From contig JANOHL010000061.1 of assembly GCA_031406495.1 (NCBI GenBank), positions 202 through 64,201 on the forward strand: 64,000 bases of DNA. Direction: 5' to 3'. The notes under the pieces were generated by a model. The model was not told the DNA's origin and did no database searches. It saw only the letters and a program-made list of their open reading frames with translations. Both the position numbers and the translations under genes were made by a program. Position 1 is the first letter of the stretch. Each line of letters opens with the position of its first letter. Below, piece after piece: positions 10,088 to 19,105 of the stretch. The stretch comes from Sphingomonadales bacterium. GTDB lineage: Bacteria; Pseudomonadota; Alphaproteobacteria; Sphingomonadales; Sphingomonadaceae.

Positions 10088-10172
10088 TGGTGCCCCAGGC
10101 CGGACTCGAACCGGCACTCCTCTCGGAACAGGATTTTGAGTCCAGCGCGTCTACCAATTCCACCACTGGGGC
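10088..10172 (-). tRNA. tRNA-Leu (anticodon CAA)
   Basis: Reverse complement GCCCCAGTGGTGGAATTGGTAGACGCGCTGGACTCAAAATCC...GGTTCGAGTCCGGCCTGGGGCACCA: 85 nt, long variable arm, T-loop GTTCGA, encoded CCA. Confidence 0.97.
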
Positions 10173-10245
10173 ACTGCTTACCGGCAAGAACCCGGCGAAG
10201 CGGCGCTCCCTCTAACCGAGCACCCGCTTTGATGCAAGGCCATCG

Positions 10246-11667
10246 TTATTTCTTCAGTTCTTTCTCCAGCGTCTTGGCGGTCGCTTTGCCATAGGGGGCC
10301 TTGAAGCCACCGATACCGGCAACATCCATCCCCGTTTGACGGTAAATAGCGCGCATATGGCTGAACGTCTTGAACCCGTCGCTCCCATGATAATTGCCCA
10401 TGCCGGACGGGCCGGTGCCGCCAAACGGCAAGTCCTCCATTGCATTATGGAAAATCACATCGTTGACCGTCACCCCGCCGGAAATGGTGCGCGACAGGAC
10501 GCGCTGCTCCTCGGCCTTATCAGTGCCAAAATAATAGAGCCCCAATGGCCGGTCATGCGCGTTCACATAATCGACCGCCTCATCCATGCTTGCATATGTC
10601 ATCACTGGCAAAATGGGTCCGAAGATCTCTTCCTGCATCACTTTCATGTCGTCGGTGACATTGCGAACGATGGTGAGTGGCATCTTGTTGCCGTTGGAGG
10701 AGGCGAAATCCTCGCCCGCCGGATTGACCTCGATCAGTTCGGCACCCTTTTCGCGCGCATCGGCGAGATAGCCCTGAAGGCGTTCGTAGTTCCGGCCGTT
10801 CACCACCGATGTGTAATCGTCATTGGCGAGCAACGTCGGATATTGCGCATTGACCCCGGCCTTCACCGCCTCGATCATATCGCCCTCCTGCTCGTTCGCG
10901 ACCAGCAGATAGTCGGGGGCTAGGCAGATTTGTCCGGCATTCATCATCTTGCCCAATGCAATACGGTCACCCGCTTTTTTCAGGTCCGCGCTCCGCCCGA
11001 TGATCGTTGGCGACTTGCCACCCAGTTCGAGCGTCACCGGCACCAGATTGTCGGCGGCGGCGCGCATGATGTGACGGCCAACGCCGGTCGCGCCGGTGAA
11101 GATCATATGGTCGAAGGCGAGCTTGGAGAAGGCCATGCCAACCTCCGGCCCGCCAGTGAACACCGCCATCTCGTCCTCGGCGAAATATTTCGGCACGACT
11201 TCGGCGAACAGTGCGGACACTTTCTCGGTAAACTCGGACGGCTTGATCATCGCGCGGTTGCCCGCCGCCAATATACCCGCCATCGGCACCATCACCATAC
11301 CAACCGGAAAATTCCACGGAGCGACTACGCCCACCACGCCCTTGGGTTGATAGACCACCTCGGCCTTTGCACCGAGCAGGCCTAGCGGAAAGGTCGGCTT
11401 GCGCTTCTCGCCCTTGGCCCAGCTTTCGAAATGCTTTTTCGCATGTTTCATTGCGCTGACCGAAGGCATGATATCGGTCATCAACGTCTGTTCGCGGCTG
11501 CGATGGCCGAAATCGGTGGAGACCGCCTTGGCGAAATCCTCGGCATGGTCGATGAGCAACGCAATCGCACGGTCGATACGGTCGCGGCGCACCGCCATCG
11601 TTTCTGGTAACGCGGCGGTAAAGCTTGCGCGCTGCTTTTCCAGCACAGCCTGCATATTGGTGGTCAT
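10246..11667 (-). CDS. Aldehyde dehydrogenase, coniferyl-aldehyde DH (CalB)-like
   Basis: PWNFP, IKPSE, FTG, LELGGKSP, AGQICLAPDY and EEIFGP motifs. Confidence 0.9.
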   Translation of the reverse strand: MTTNMQAVLEKQRASFTAALPETMAVRRDRIDRAIALLIDHAEDFAKAVSTDFGHRSREQTLMTDIMPSVSAMKHAKKHFESWAKGEKRKPTFPLGLLGAKAEVVYQPKGVVGVVAPWNFPVGMVMVPMAGILAAGNRAMIKPSEFTEKVSALFAEVVPKYFAEDEMAVFTGGPEVGMAFSKLAFDHMIFTGATGVGRHIMRAAADNLVPVTLELGGKSPTIIGRSADLKKAGDRIALGKMMNAGQICLAPDYLLVANEQEGDMIEAVKAGVNAQYPTLLANDDYTSVVNGRNYERLQGYLADAREKGAELIEVNPAGEDFASSNGNKMPLTIVRNVTDDMKVMQEEIFGPILPVMTYASMDEAVDYVNAHDRPLGLYYFGTDKAEEQRVLSRTISGGVTVNDVIFHNAMEDLPFGGTGPSGMGNYHGSDGFKTFSHMRAIYRQTGMDVAGIGGFKAPYGKATAKTLEKELKK

Positions 11668-11689
11668 AATAATCTCCTCATCCCACCCC

Positions 11690-11716
11690 GTCACCCTGAA
11701 CTTGTTTCAGCATGAC
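11690..11716. repeat. REP-like palindrome (GTCACCCTGAACTTGTTTCAG family), single collapsed copy
   Basis: First 21 nt identical to 43180-43200; ends in CATGAC like the partner arm near 43248-43253. Confidence 0.75.
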
Positions 11717-11857
11717 GATATCGTAGACTTTAGCTTGCCGCCTACAAGTTGCAAATCAAAACCCGTTGGGCACGGCATACGACTTCACATTTGTCATTAT
11801 AGTCGCACAGTATTAAGGGCGACTCGAACTTCCCCTACGGCATGAAGGAATATCCCC

Positions 11858-13045
11858 ATGAGCAGCACCGATCCCGTCGTCATCCTGTCTTACGCGCGCA
11901 CCCCGATGGGCGGGATGCAAGGTGTTTTCGCCGATGTGGCGGCGACCGATTTGGGTGCAACGGCGGTAAAGGCGGCGGTCGAACGTGCTGGCGTCGATGC
12001 GAATGATATCGAACGCATCTATATGGGCTGCGTATTACCAGCGGGCCTCGGCCAAGCTCCTGCTCGCCAAGCCGCAATCAAGGCTGGCTTACCCAAATCG
12101 GTGCAGGCAACCACCGTCAACAAGGTCTGCGGATCGGGGATGCAGACCGTCATCATGGGTGCGGAGGCACTCGCTGCCGGTTCGATCGACCTGATTGTTG
12201 CGGGCGGGATGGAAAGCATGACCAATGCGCCCTATCTCCTCAAGAAACACCGCGGCGGCGCGCGCATCGGCCATGACACCGCGTATGACCATATGTTCCT
12301 CGACGGGCTCGAAGACGCCTATGAAGCAGGCCGTGCGATGGGCACCTTTGCGCAGGATACCGCCAATGAATACCAACTGACCCGCGCCGCACAGGATGAT
12401 TACGCGATTGAATCGCTCCGCCGCTCGCAAACCGCGATTGCCGACGGCGCGTTCAAGGACGAAATCGTCGCGGTGACCGTCACGACGCGCAAGGGCGACG
12501 TCGTGGTCGACACCGACGAGCAACCCGGCAAGGGCATGCCCGACAAGATCCCTGGCCTGCGCCCCGCCTTTGCGAAGGACGGTACGATTACAGCGGCAAC
12601 CAGCTCGTCGATTTCGGACGGGGCAGCGGCACTGGTGCTCACCCGCCAATCGGTTGCCGATGCCAAGGGCCATAAGCCCGTTGCGCGTATTGTGGCGCAT
12701 GCCGCCCACGCACAGGAACCGTCCGCGTTCACCACCGCCCCTGTCGGCGCAATCACCAAATGTTTGGCGAAAGCAGGCTGGTCGGTCGGAGATGTCGACC
12801 TGTTCGAAGTCAACGAAGCCTTTGCCTGCGTCGCGATGTTTGCGATGCACGATCTTGGCATTCCGCATGACAAGATCAACGTTCACGGCGGCGCTACCGC
12901 GCTTGGCCATCCTATCGGTGCGTCTGGGGCGCGGATCATCACCACACTGATCGCGGCGCTGCAACGCCACGGCAAGAAACGTGGTGTGGCGTCGCTTTGC
13001 ATCGGCGGCGGCGAAGGCACGGCATTGGCGATCGAGTTGGTCTAA
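11858..13045 (+). CDS. Acetyl-CoA C-acyltransferase (thiolase)
   Basis: NKVCGSG, NEAF, GHPIGASG and CIGGG motifs. Confidence 0.96.
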   Translation: MSSTDPVVILSYARTPMGGMQGVFADVAATDLGATAVKAAVERAGVDANDIERIYMGCVLPAGLGQAPARQAAIKAGLPKSVQATTVNKVCGSGMQTVIMGAEALAAGSIDLIVAGGMESMTNAPYLLKKHRGGARIGHDTAYDHMFLDGLEDAYEAGRAMGTFAQDTANEYQLTRAAQDDYAIESLRRSQTAIADGAFKDEIVAVTVTTRKGDVVVDTDEQPGKGMPDKIPGLRPAFAKDGTITAATSSSISDGAAALVLTRQSVADAKGHKPVARIVAHAAHAQEPSAFTTAPVGAITKCLAKAGWSVGDVDLFEVNEAFACVAMFAMHDLGIPHDKINVHGGATALGHPIGASGARIITTLIAALQRHGKKRGVASLCIGGGEGTALAIELV

Positions 13046-13050
13046 CCGCC

Positions 13051-13167
13051 GTGCTCCTGCCCTTCGGCTGGCTTGCAGCCGCTCAGGATAAACTGCATCT
13101 TCGATGCAGGCAGGGGTGCTGTAAGCGTAGCACAACATTGCCAACGCTCCTGCCTTCGCAGGAGCAC
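13051..13167. repeat. REP doublet (GCTCCTGCCTTCGCAGGAGC family) with a second REP family nested in the left arm
   Basis: 13141-13167 identical to 57681-57707; left arm GTGCTCCTGC interrupted by CCCTTCG...GCTCAGGA. Confidence 0.8.
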
Positions 13168-13247
13168 GCCCGATACAATTTGCGACACTAATGTCTGGTT
13201 TCTGAACGACTTGTTCGCCAGACGTTCAAGCTCTGGATCCTAATCAG

Positions 13248-13272
13248 GGAACGTCGACGCAGTTGATGCGTT
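13248..13272 (+). promoter_or_regulatory. Sigma-EcfG (general stress response)-type promoter
   Basis: GGAAC-N16-CGTT, 26 nt upstream of the RcnB-like gene. Confidence 0.7.
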
Positions 13273-13298
13273 TATGTTGACAGGAAAGGAAACAGACC

Positions 13299-13769
13299 AT
13301 GAAAAGCAAGTTTTTGATCGCAGCGGTCGTCGCGGCCACATTGACGCCGATGGCTGCCCAAGCGCAAACCCGTGAACTGCAGCGCGACCGTCAGGAAGTG
13401 CGCGAAGAGAAGCGCGACCTTGAGGAAGCCAAGCGTTACGGCACCCGTAATGATGTCCGCGAGGAACGCCGCGACGTGCGTGAAGCCAAGCAGGAACGCC
13501 GTGAAGATTGGCGCGATTATCGCCAGAGCAACCGTCGGGCGTTTCAAGGCACCCGCTTCAACGCGCCATTCCGCTATCGCACGTTCAACACCGGCGTCAG
13601 CATCGGCGCGAGCTATTACTCACCGCGATATCGGGTAACCAATTACTCGAACTATCGCCTGCCGCGGCCCGGTCGCTATCAGACCTATGTCCGTCACTAT
13701 AATGACGTGCTGCTCGTCAACACGCGCACCGGTAGGGTTATTCAGGCCTATCGCGGATTTTACTGGTAA
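13299..13769 (+). CDS. RcnB-family secreted protein
   Basis: Signal peptide, R/E/D-rich helical repeats, YRLPRP...YVRHYNDVLLVNTRTGRV C-terminus. Confidence 0.82.
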   Translation: MKSKFLIAAVVAATLTPMAAQAQTRELQRDRQEVREEKRDLEEAKRYGTRNDVREERRDVREAKQERREDWRDYRQSNRRAFQGTRFNAPFRYRTFNTGVSIGASYYSPRYRVTNYSNYRLPRPGRYQTYVRHYNDVLLVNTRTGRVIQAYRGFYW

Positions 13770-13792
13770 CGTTCCAACCTCCCGGAACGTTG

Positions 13793-13827
13793 GGGCCGCT
13801 GGAGCAATCCGGCGGCCCTTTTCTTTT
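13793..13827 (+). terminator. Intrinsic terminator
   Basis: GGGCCGCTGGA-GCAA-TCCGGCGGCCC followed by a T-run. Confidence 0.8.
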
Positions 13828-13839
13828 GTCAATATATTC

Positions 13840-13867
13840 AAGCCCCTCCCCTTTAGGGGAAGGGCTT
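13840..13867. repeat. Single CCCCTCCC..GGGGAAGGG palindrome (RIME/CIR-like half element)
   Basis: AAGCCCCTCCCCTTTAGGGGAAGGGCTT, related to the arms at 16856-17032 and 40848-41009. Confidence 0.6.
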
Positions 13868-13908
13868 AAGTCTTTTCAGCAACCGAGAAAGGCTTTACCA
13901 ATGGCGCC

Positions 13909-14586
13909 ATGACCGAACCTATCAACATCGTCTTCATCCTATTCGATAATGTCACTCAACTTGATTTTGCCGGCCCGGTGCAGTTCCTGTCGCGGATGCC
14001 GGGGGCGAAGGTCTTTGTTACATCGCAAGACGGAAAGGCCGTTACCACCGATTGCGGATTTTCGATCCTGCCGACAACCAGCTTTGCCGAATGCCCACAG
14101 GCCGATATCATCTGCGTTCCCGGCGGCCACGGTGTCCGCGAAGCGATAGGCGACAAAGCAATCGTCGATTTTGTGGCGCAGCAGGGCTCGGGGGCACGGT
14201 GGGTAACCAGCGTCTGCACCGGCGCGTTCATCCTTGGTGTCGCGGGTTTGCTGCAAGACAAGCGCGCGACATGCCACTGGGGTTATACGCATTTGCTGTC
14301 GCTGGTCGGCGCGACACATGAGGCGGCGCGGGTTGTTCGCGATGGCAATCTCGTGACTGCGGGCGGGGTAACATCGGGGATCGATTTCGCGCTCGAACTG
14401 ATTGCAATGATTTCCGGCGAGGACGTGGCGCAGACGATCCAGTTGGCGCTGGAATATGACCCTGCCCCGCCTTTTTCGGGCGGGACACCCGATAAGGCGC
14501 CTCAGCAAATCCTCTTCAACCTGCGTCAGCGGGTCTACGAAAATGCTGCGAGCCAACTGGAAGCGGCGATTAAGGCAGTCGTCTAG
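13909..14586 (+). CDS. DJ-1/PfpI family protein (isonitrile hydratase-like)
   Basis: LDFAGP, VPGG, SVCTG and TAGGVTSGID motifs. Confidence 0.9.
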   Translation: MTEPINIVFILFDNVTQLDFAGPVQFLSRMPGAKVFVTSQDGKAVTTDCGFSILPTTSFAECPQADIICVPGGHGVREAIGDKAIVDFVAQQGSGARWVTSVCTGAFILGVAGLLQDKRATCHWGYTHLLSLVGATHEAARVVRDGNLVTAGGVTSGIDFALELIAMISGEDVAQTIQLALEYDPAPPFSGGTPDKAPQQILFNLRQRVYENAASQLEAAIKAVV

Positions 14587-14667
14587 CTTTGGCGTTTAAT
14601 CCAGCGATTAATTTGCGCTGGACCTCCTATGCTTTGCGGCATAGCCTCTCGCCAAGAGGAGAGAGCT

Positions 14668-16854
14668 ATGAATATCAGGCTTTTGCTGGTCGCGGCAGCA
14701 GCGAGTGCGACGTTGCTGCTGGGTGGATGCAAAAAGTCCGATGCCGGCGACGCGAGCCCGGCATTCGCGGCAATCGATGGCGATTATCTGAAAATCGGCG
14801 GTGATGGCTCCAATTGGGCGATGACCGGCTTCAACTATAACGAACAACGGCATAGCCCGCTGACGCAAATCAACGCTGATAATGTCAAAGACCTTGGCAT
14901 CGCATGGTTCGCCGACCTGCCCGATGCTCGTGGTCAGGAAGCAACGCCGGTCGTCGTTGACGGCAAGATGTTCATCTCGACCGCTTGGTCCAAAGTGTTC
15001 GCTTATGACGCCAAGACGGGCAAACCATTGTGGAGCTTTGATCCAGAAGTCGACAAGGCGCGCGGCGTTAAAGCCTGTTGCGACGTCGTCAACCGCGGCG
15101 TTGCCTTTTGGAAAGGGCAATTGTTCGTCGGCACCATCGATGGCCGCCTGATTGCGCTCGACGCTGCGACTGGCAAGCAACTGTGGAGCGCGCAGACGCT
15201 CGATCTCCAGTCCAACGGCACGATCACTGGCGTTCCGCGCGTGGTCAAGGATCTGGTCATCATCGGTAATGGCGGCGCAGAGTTTGGCGCGCGCGGGTTC
15301 ATCACCGCGTATCACGCCGACAGCGGCAAGCAAGCGTGGCGGTTCTACACCGTCCCCAACCCGAAGGGCGAAGCCGATGGAGCGGCCAGCGACAACATCC
15401 TGAAAACCGCATCGAAAACATGGAGCACCGAGCCCAAAAAGGGCGATTGGCGCGAGAGTGGCGGCGGTGGGACTGTTTGGGATGCAATCGTTTATGATGC
15501 CGAACTCGACCAGCTGTATATCGGCGTCGGCAATGGCAACCCGTGGAACCACGGCATCCGTTCGAACGGCGAAGGCGACAATCTGTTCCTGTCATCGATC
15601 GTCGCGTTGAAACCCGACACCGGAAAATATGTCTGGCATTATCAGGAAACCCCTGCCGAAACATGGGATTACACCGCGACCCAGCCGATCATCCTCGCCA
15701 ACGAAAACCGCGGCGGCAGGCAAGTGAAGGTCATCTACCACGCACCGAAAAACGGCTTTTTCTTTACCATCGACCGGACCAACGGCAAGATGCTGGCCGC
15801 CAACCCCTATATCGACGGGATCACCTGGGCGACGGGTTACGATATGGCTAGCGGTCGTCCGATTGAAAATCCGGAGGCGCGCTACGAGAAAACCGGCAAG
15901 CTTTACCTCGCCAACCCATCGGCGCTGGGCGGGCATAACTGGCACCCGATGAGCTATAATCCGGCGACCGGCCTCGTTTATATTCCAGCGCTGCAGATCG
16001 GCGGGGCCTATATGCCGCCTGTTGCGCCCAACGAGATGGAGCGCAAGGCGCTTGGCTTCAATGTCGGTAGTGCGATGGTGACGGCTGATCTGCCCGACGA
16101 CGTCAATTTCGTAAAGGCGGTGAAGGCCGCAACCACGGGCAAGCTGGTCGCATTCGACCCACGTACCGGCAAGGCGAAATGGACCATCGACCACCCTGCG
16201 TCGTGGAATGGCGGCACGATGACGACGGCGGGCAATCTGGTGTTTCAGGGCACAGCAATGGGGCAGTTCAGGGCCTATGCCGCCGACACCGGCAAACAGC
16301 TGTATAACCTCGATGTCCAGTCCGGAGTGCTATCGGGGGCATCGACCTACACCGTCGATGGCGAACAATATGTCGCGCTCCTGACCAGCAAGGGCGGCGC
16401 GTTTCCTTTGGTCTCGGGCTATGCGGGATCCGCGAGTTCGGCGGTGCCGAACATCCCACGGCTGATCGTGCTGAAACTTGGCGGCAAGGGCGCACTGCCC
16501 GCATTGCCCGCGACGCCGCCTTATGTATGGGAGCCACCGGCGCAAGTCGGCACATCTGCCGACATCGCGGCGGGCCTGTCAAACTTCCAACGCTACTGCC
16601 TGGTCTGTCATGGCCCCGGCGCGGTTGGGAACGGCGTGCTGCCCGACTTGCGCAAATCAGGCACAATTGCCGACGCGGAAACGTGGAAGTCGGTTGTGAT
16701 CAATGGAATATTGAAAGGCAACGGAATGGTCAGTTTCGCGAGCGTCCTGAGCCGCCAAGAGGCCGAGCAAATGCGCGCTTATGTCATTGCCCGTGCGCAT
16801 TATGCCAAGGCGAATGATGCGGTATTGGGAGGACCATCAAAGACGGCCAAATAA
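14668..16854 (+). CDS. Type II quinohemoprotein PQQ-dependent alcohol dehydrogenase (probable lipoprotein)
   Basis: CCDVVNRG vicinal cysteines, PQQ beta-propeller repeats, WDYTA active-site motif, C-terminal CLVCH heme motif, LLGGC lipobox. Confidence 0.93.
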   Translation: MNIRLLLVAAAASATLLLGGCKKSDAGDASPAFAAIDGDYLKIGGDGSNWAMTGFNYNEQRHSPLTQINADNVKDLGIAWFADLPDARGQEATPVVVDGKMFISTAWSKVFAYDAKTGKPLWSFDPEVDKARGVKACCDVVNRGVAFWKGQLFVGTIDGRLIALDAATGKQLWSAQTLDLQSNGTITGVPRVVKDLVIIGNGGAEFGARGFITAYHADSGKQAWRFYTVPNPKGEADGAASDNILKTASKTWSTEPKKGDWRESGGGGTVWDAIVYDAELDQLYIGVGNGNPWNHGIRSNGEGDNLFLSSIVALKPDTGKYVWHYQETPAETWDYTATQPIILANENRGGRQVKVIYHAPKNGFFFTIDRTNGKMLAANPYIDGITWATGYDMASGRPIENPEARYEKTGKLYLANPSALGGHNWHPMSYNPATGLVYIPALQIGGAYMPPVAPNEMERKALGFNVGSAMVTADLPDDVNFVKAVKAATTGKLVAFDPRTGKAKWTIDHPASWNGGTMTTAGNLVFQGTAMGQFRAYAADTGKQLYNLDVQSGVLSGASTYTVDGEQYVALLTSKGGAFPLVSGYAGSASSAVPNIPRLIVLKLGGKGALPALPATPPYVWEPPAQVGTSADIAAGLSNFQRYCLVCHGPGAVGNGVLPDLRKSGTIADAETWKSVVINGILKGNGMVSFASVLSRQEAEQMRAYVIARAHYAKANDAVLGGPSKTAK

Positions 16855-16855
16855 C

Positions 16856-17032
16856 TTATCCTCTCCATCTTGCAAAGATGGGGAGGTGGCCCGCCGAAGG
16901 CGTGACGGAGGGGACTTCGACGGTGCTGGCCCCTCCGTCAGTCGTTGCTAATCGCAACGAGTTCGCGTCGGATTGCCCCCAGCAATCCGACGCGAACTCC
17001 ACCTCCCCATTTCTGCGAGATGGCGAGGATAA
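16856..17032. repeat. Composite palindromic intergenic element (alphaproteobacterial RIME/CIR-like)
   Basis: Outer IR TTATCCTCTCCATC..GATGGGGAGGTGG / CCACCTCCCCAT..ATGGCGAGGATAA; inner TGACGGAGGG/CCCTCCGTCA; perfect 18-bp stem 16959-16976/16982-16999. Confidence 0.8.
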
Positions 17033-17035
17033 TGC

Positions 17036-17071
17036 TGCCCATGAATCTGGCATCTGCCTAATATTTAGGCA
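17036..17071. promoter_or_regulatory. Tandem 17-bp TGC-N11-GCA palindromes, putative NtrC sites
   Basis: TGCCCATGAATCTGGCA (17036-17052) and TGCCTAATATTTAGGCA (17055-17071) upstream of a sigma54-like box before glnB. Confidence 0.5.
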
Positions 17072-17122
17072 GCGCAAGTGCCCGGTTTGCCTTATCAATC
17101 GCGCTAACCCGTGCCGCCAAAC

Positions 17123-17138
17123 TGGCACGATACTTGAT
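17123..17138 (+). promoter_or_regulatory. Sigma54-like -24/-12 promoter of glnB-glnA
   Basis: TGGCACG-ATAC-TTGAT; GA replaces the consensus GC at -12. Confidence 0.55.
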
Positions 17139-17193
17139 AAGCCAAAGCCATAATCCGCGCGCGCGGAGCATTTGGCATATGCGCGCCATCTAG

Positions 17194-17541
<348 letters not shown>

Positions 17542-17590
17542 ATCCAAACCCAAATCCCCCGAAAAAGCCAAACCGAAGAAGGAAAGCAAA

Positions 17591-19003
17591 ATGGCCGTCA
17601 CCGCCAAGGACATTATTAAGCGTATCAAGGATGAGGAGATCGAGTGGGTCGATGTCCGCTTCACCGATCCCAAGGGCAAGTGGCAGCATCTGACCATGTG
17701 TTCGGGCGTGATCGGCGAAGACGAGCTGGAAGACGGCCTGATGTTCGACGGTTCGTCGATCGAGGGCTGGAAAGCGATCAACGAGAGCGACATGATCCTG
17801 AAGCCCGATCTTGAGGCTTGCTATATCGATCCGTTCTCGGCGACGCCGATGATGATCCTGTTCTGCGACATCGTCGAGCCTTCGACGGGTGAACTCTACA
17901 GCCGCGACCCGCGTTCGACCGCGAAGCGCGCCGAAGCTTACCTCAAAACCACCGGCAACGGAGACACCATCTATATCGGCCCAGAAGCCGAATTCTTCAT
18001 GTTCGACGATGTGCGTTTTGAAAACAGCTACAACACCTCATACTATAAAATCGACGATATCGAACTGCCGACCAACACCGGCACCAAATATGACAACGGC
18101 AATATGGGCCACCGCCCGCGCGCCAAGGGCGGCTATTTCCCCGTGGCACCAGTCGACAGTTGCATGGACATTCGCGGCGAGATGGTCTCGACCATGCTCG
18201 AAATGGGCCTGCCTTGCGACAAGCATCACCATGAAGTCGCTGCCGCGCAGCACGAGTTGGGCCTGACCTTCGGCACGCTGACGCAGACCGCCGACCGTAT
18301 GCAGATCTACAAATATGTCGTGCATCAGGTCGCGCATGCTTATGGCAAAACCGCGACCTTCATGCCGAAGCCGATCAAGGAAGATAATGGTTCGGGCATG
18401 CACACCCACCTGTCGATCTGGCAGGGCAAAGAGCCATTGTTTGCGGGTAACGGTTATGCCGGTCTTTCCGATATGTGCCTCTATTTCATCGGCGGCATCA
18501 TCAAGCACGCAAAGTCGGTAAACGCCTTCACCAATCCGACCACCAACAGCTACAAGCGCCTGGTTCCTGGTTATGAAGCACCCGTTTTGCTCGCTTATTC
18601 GGCGCGCAACCGGTCGGCATCGTGCCGCATTCCTTATGGCGCAGGCGCGAAAGCCAAACGCGTCGAAGTCCGCTTCCCCGACGCGATGGCGAACCCGTAT
18701 CTCGCTTATGCGGCGTTGTTCATGGCGGGCCTCGACGGCATCCAGAACAAGATCCACCCCGGCGAAGCGATGGACAAGAACCTTTACGACCTGCCGCCTG
18801 CAGAACTGGCCGAAGTGCCGACCGTTTGCGGATCTTTGCGCGAAGCACTCGAATGCCTCGAAGCGGATCACGACTATCTGTTGAAGGGCGATGTGTTCAC
18901 CAAGGACCAGATCGAAGCCTATATCGAACTCAAAATGGATGACGTCGCCCGTTGGGAAATGACGCCAAGCCCGGTCGAGTTCGATATGTATTACAGCTAT
19001 TAA
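17591..19003 (+). CDS. glnA: Glutamine synthetase type I
   Basis: [27 protein letters not shown] and NLYDLP motifs; start moved to MAVTAK after a GGAAAG RBS. Confidence 0.98.
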   Translation: MAVTAKDIIKRIKDEEIEWVDVRFTDPKGKWQHLTMCSGVIGEDELEDGLMFDGSSIEGWKAINESDMILKPDLEACYIDPFSATPMMILFCDIVEPSTGELYSRDPRSTAKRAEAYLKTTGNGDTIYIGPEAEFFMFDDVRFENSYNTSYYKIDDIELPTNTGTKYDNGNMGHRPRAKGGYFPVAPVDSCMDIRGEMVSTMLEMGLPCDKHHHEVAAAQHELGLTFGTLTQTADRMQIYKYVVHQVAHAYGKTATFMPKPIKEDNGSGMHTHLSIWQGKEPLFAGNGYAGLSDMCLYFIGGIIKHAKSVNAFTNPTTNSYKRLVPGYEAPVLLAYSARNRSASCRIPYGAGAKAKRVEVRFPDAMANPYLAYAALFMAGLDGIQNKIHPGEAMDKNLYDLPPAELAEVPTVCGSLREALECLEADHDYLLKGDVFTKDQIEAYIELKMDDVARWEMTPSPVEFDMYYSY

Positions 19004-19028
19004 TCCGCAATATTCGGATCAGTAGCAT

Positions 19029-19063
19029 AAGCCCGGTGGTTGGGGGACCGCCGGGCTTTTTTA
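19029..19063 (+). terminator. Intrinsic terminator of glnBA
   Basis: AAGCCCGGTGGT / ACCGCCGGGCTT stem plus T-run. Confidence 0.85.
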
Positions 19064-19105
19064 TTTCGGTTCGACAAGATATGCCACGCTTGTTAGCATT
19101 ATCGC

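Noticed and set aside
4700-10172. Genomic island integrated at the tRNA-Leu 3' end
   Set aside because: I found no duplicated tRNA 3' end (att), no integrase and no obvious compositional shift.
12089-13144. 351-aa antisense ORF
   Set aside because: Shadow frame of the thiolase, typical of GC-rich DNA. The same applies to 74-745, 4905-5864, 7010-8035, 39772-40683, 54776-56038 and 58796-59803.
14668-16854. Lanthanide-dependent (XoxF/PedH-type) dehydrogenase
   Set aside because: The active-site motif is WDYTA, lacking the second Asp (DxD) of lanthanide enzymes.
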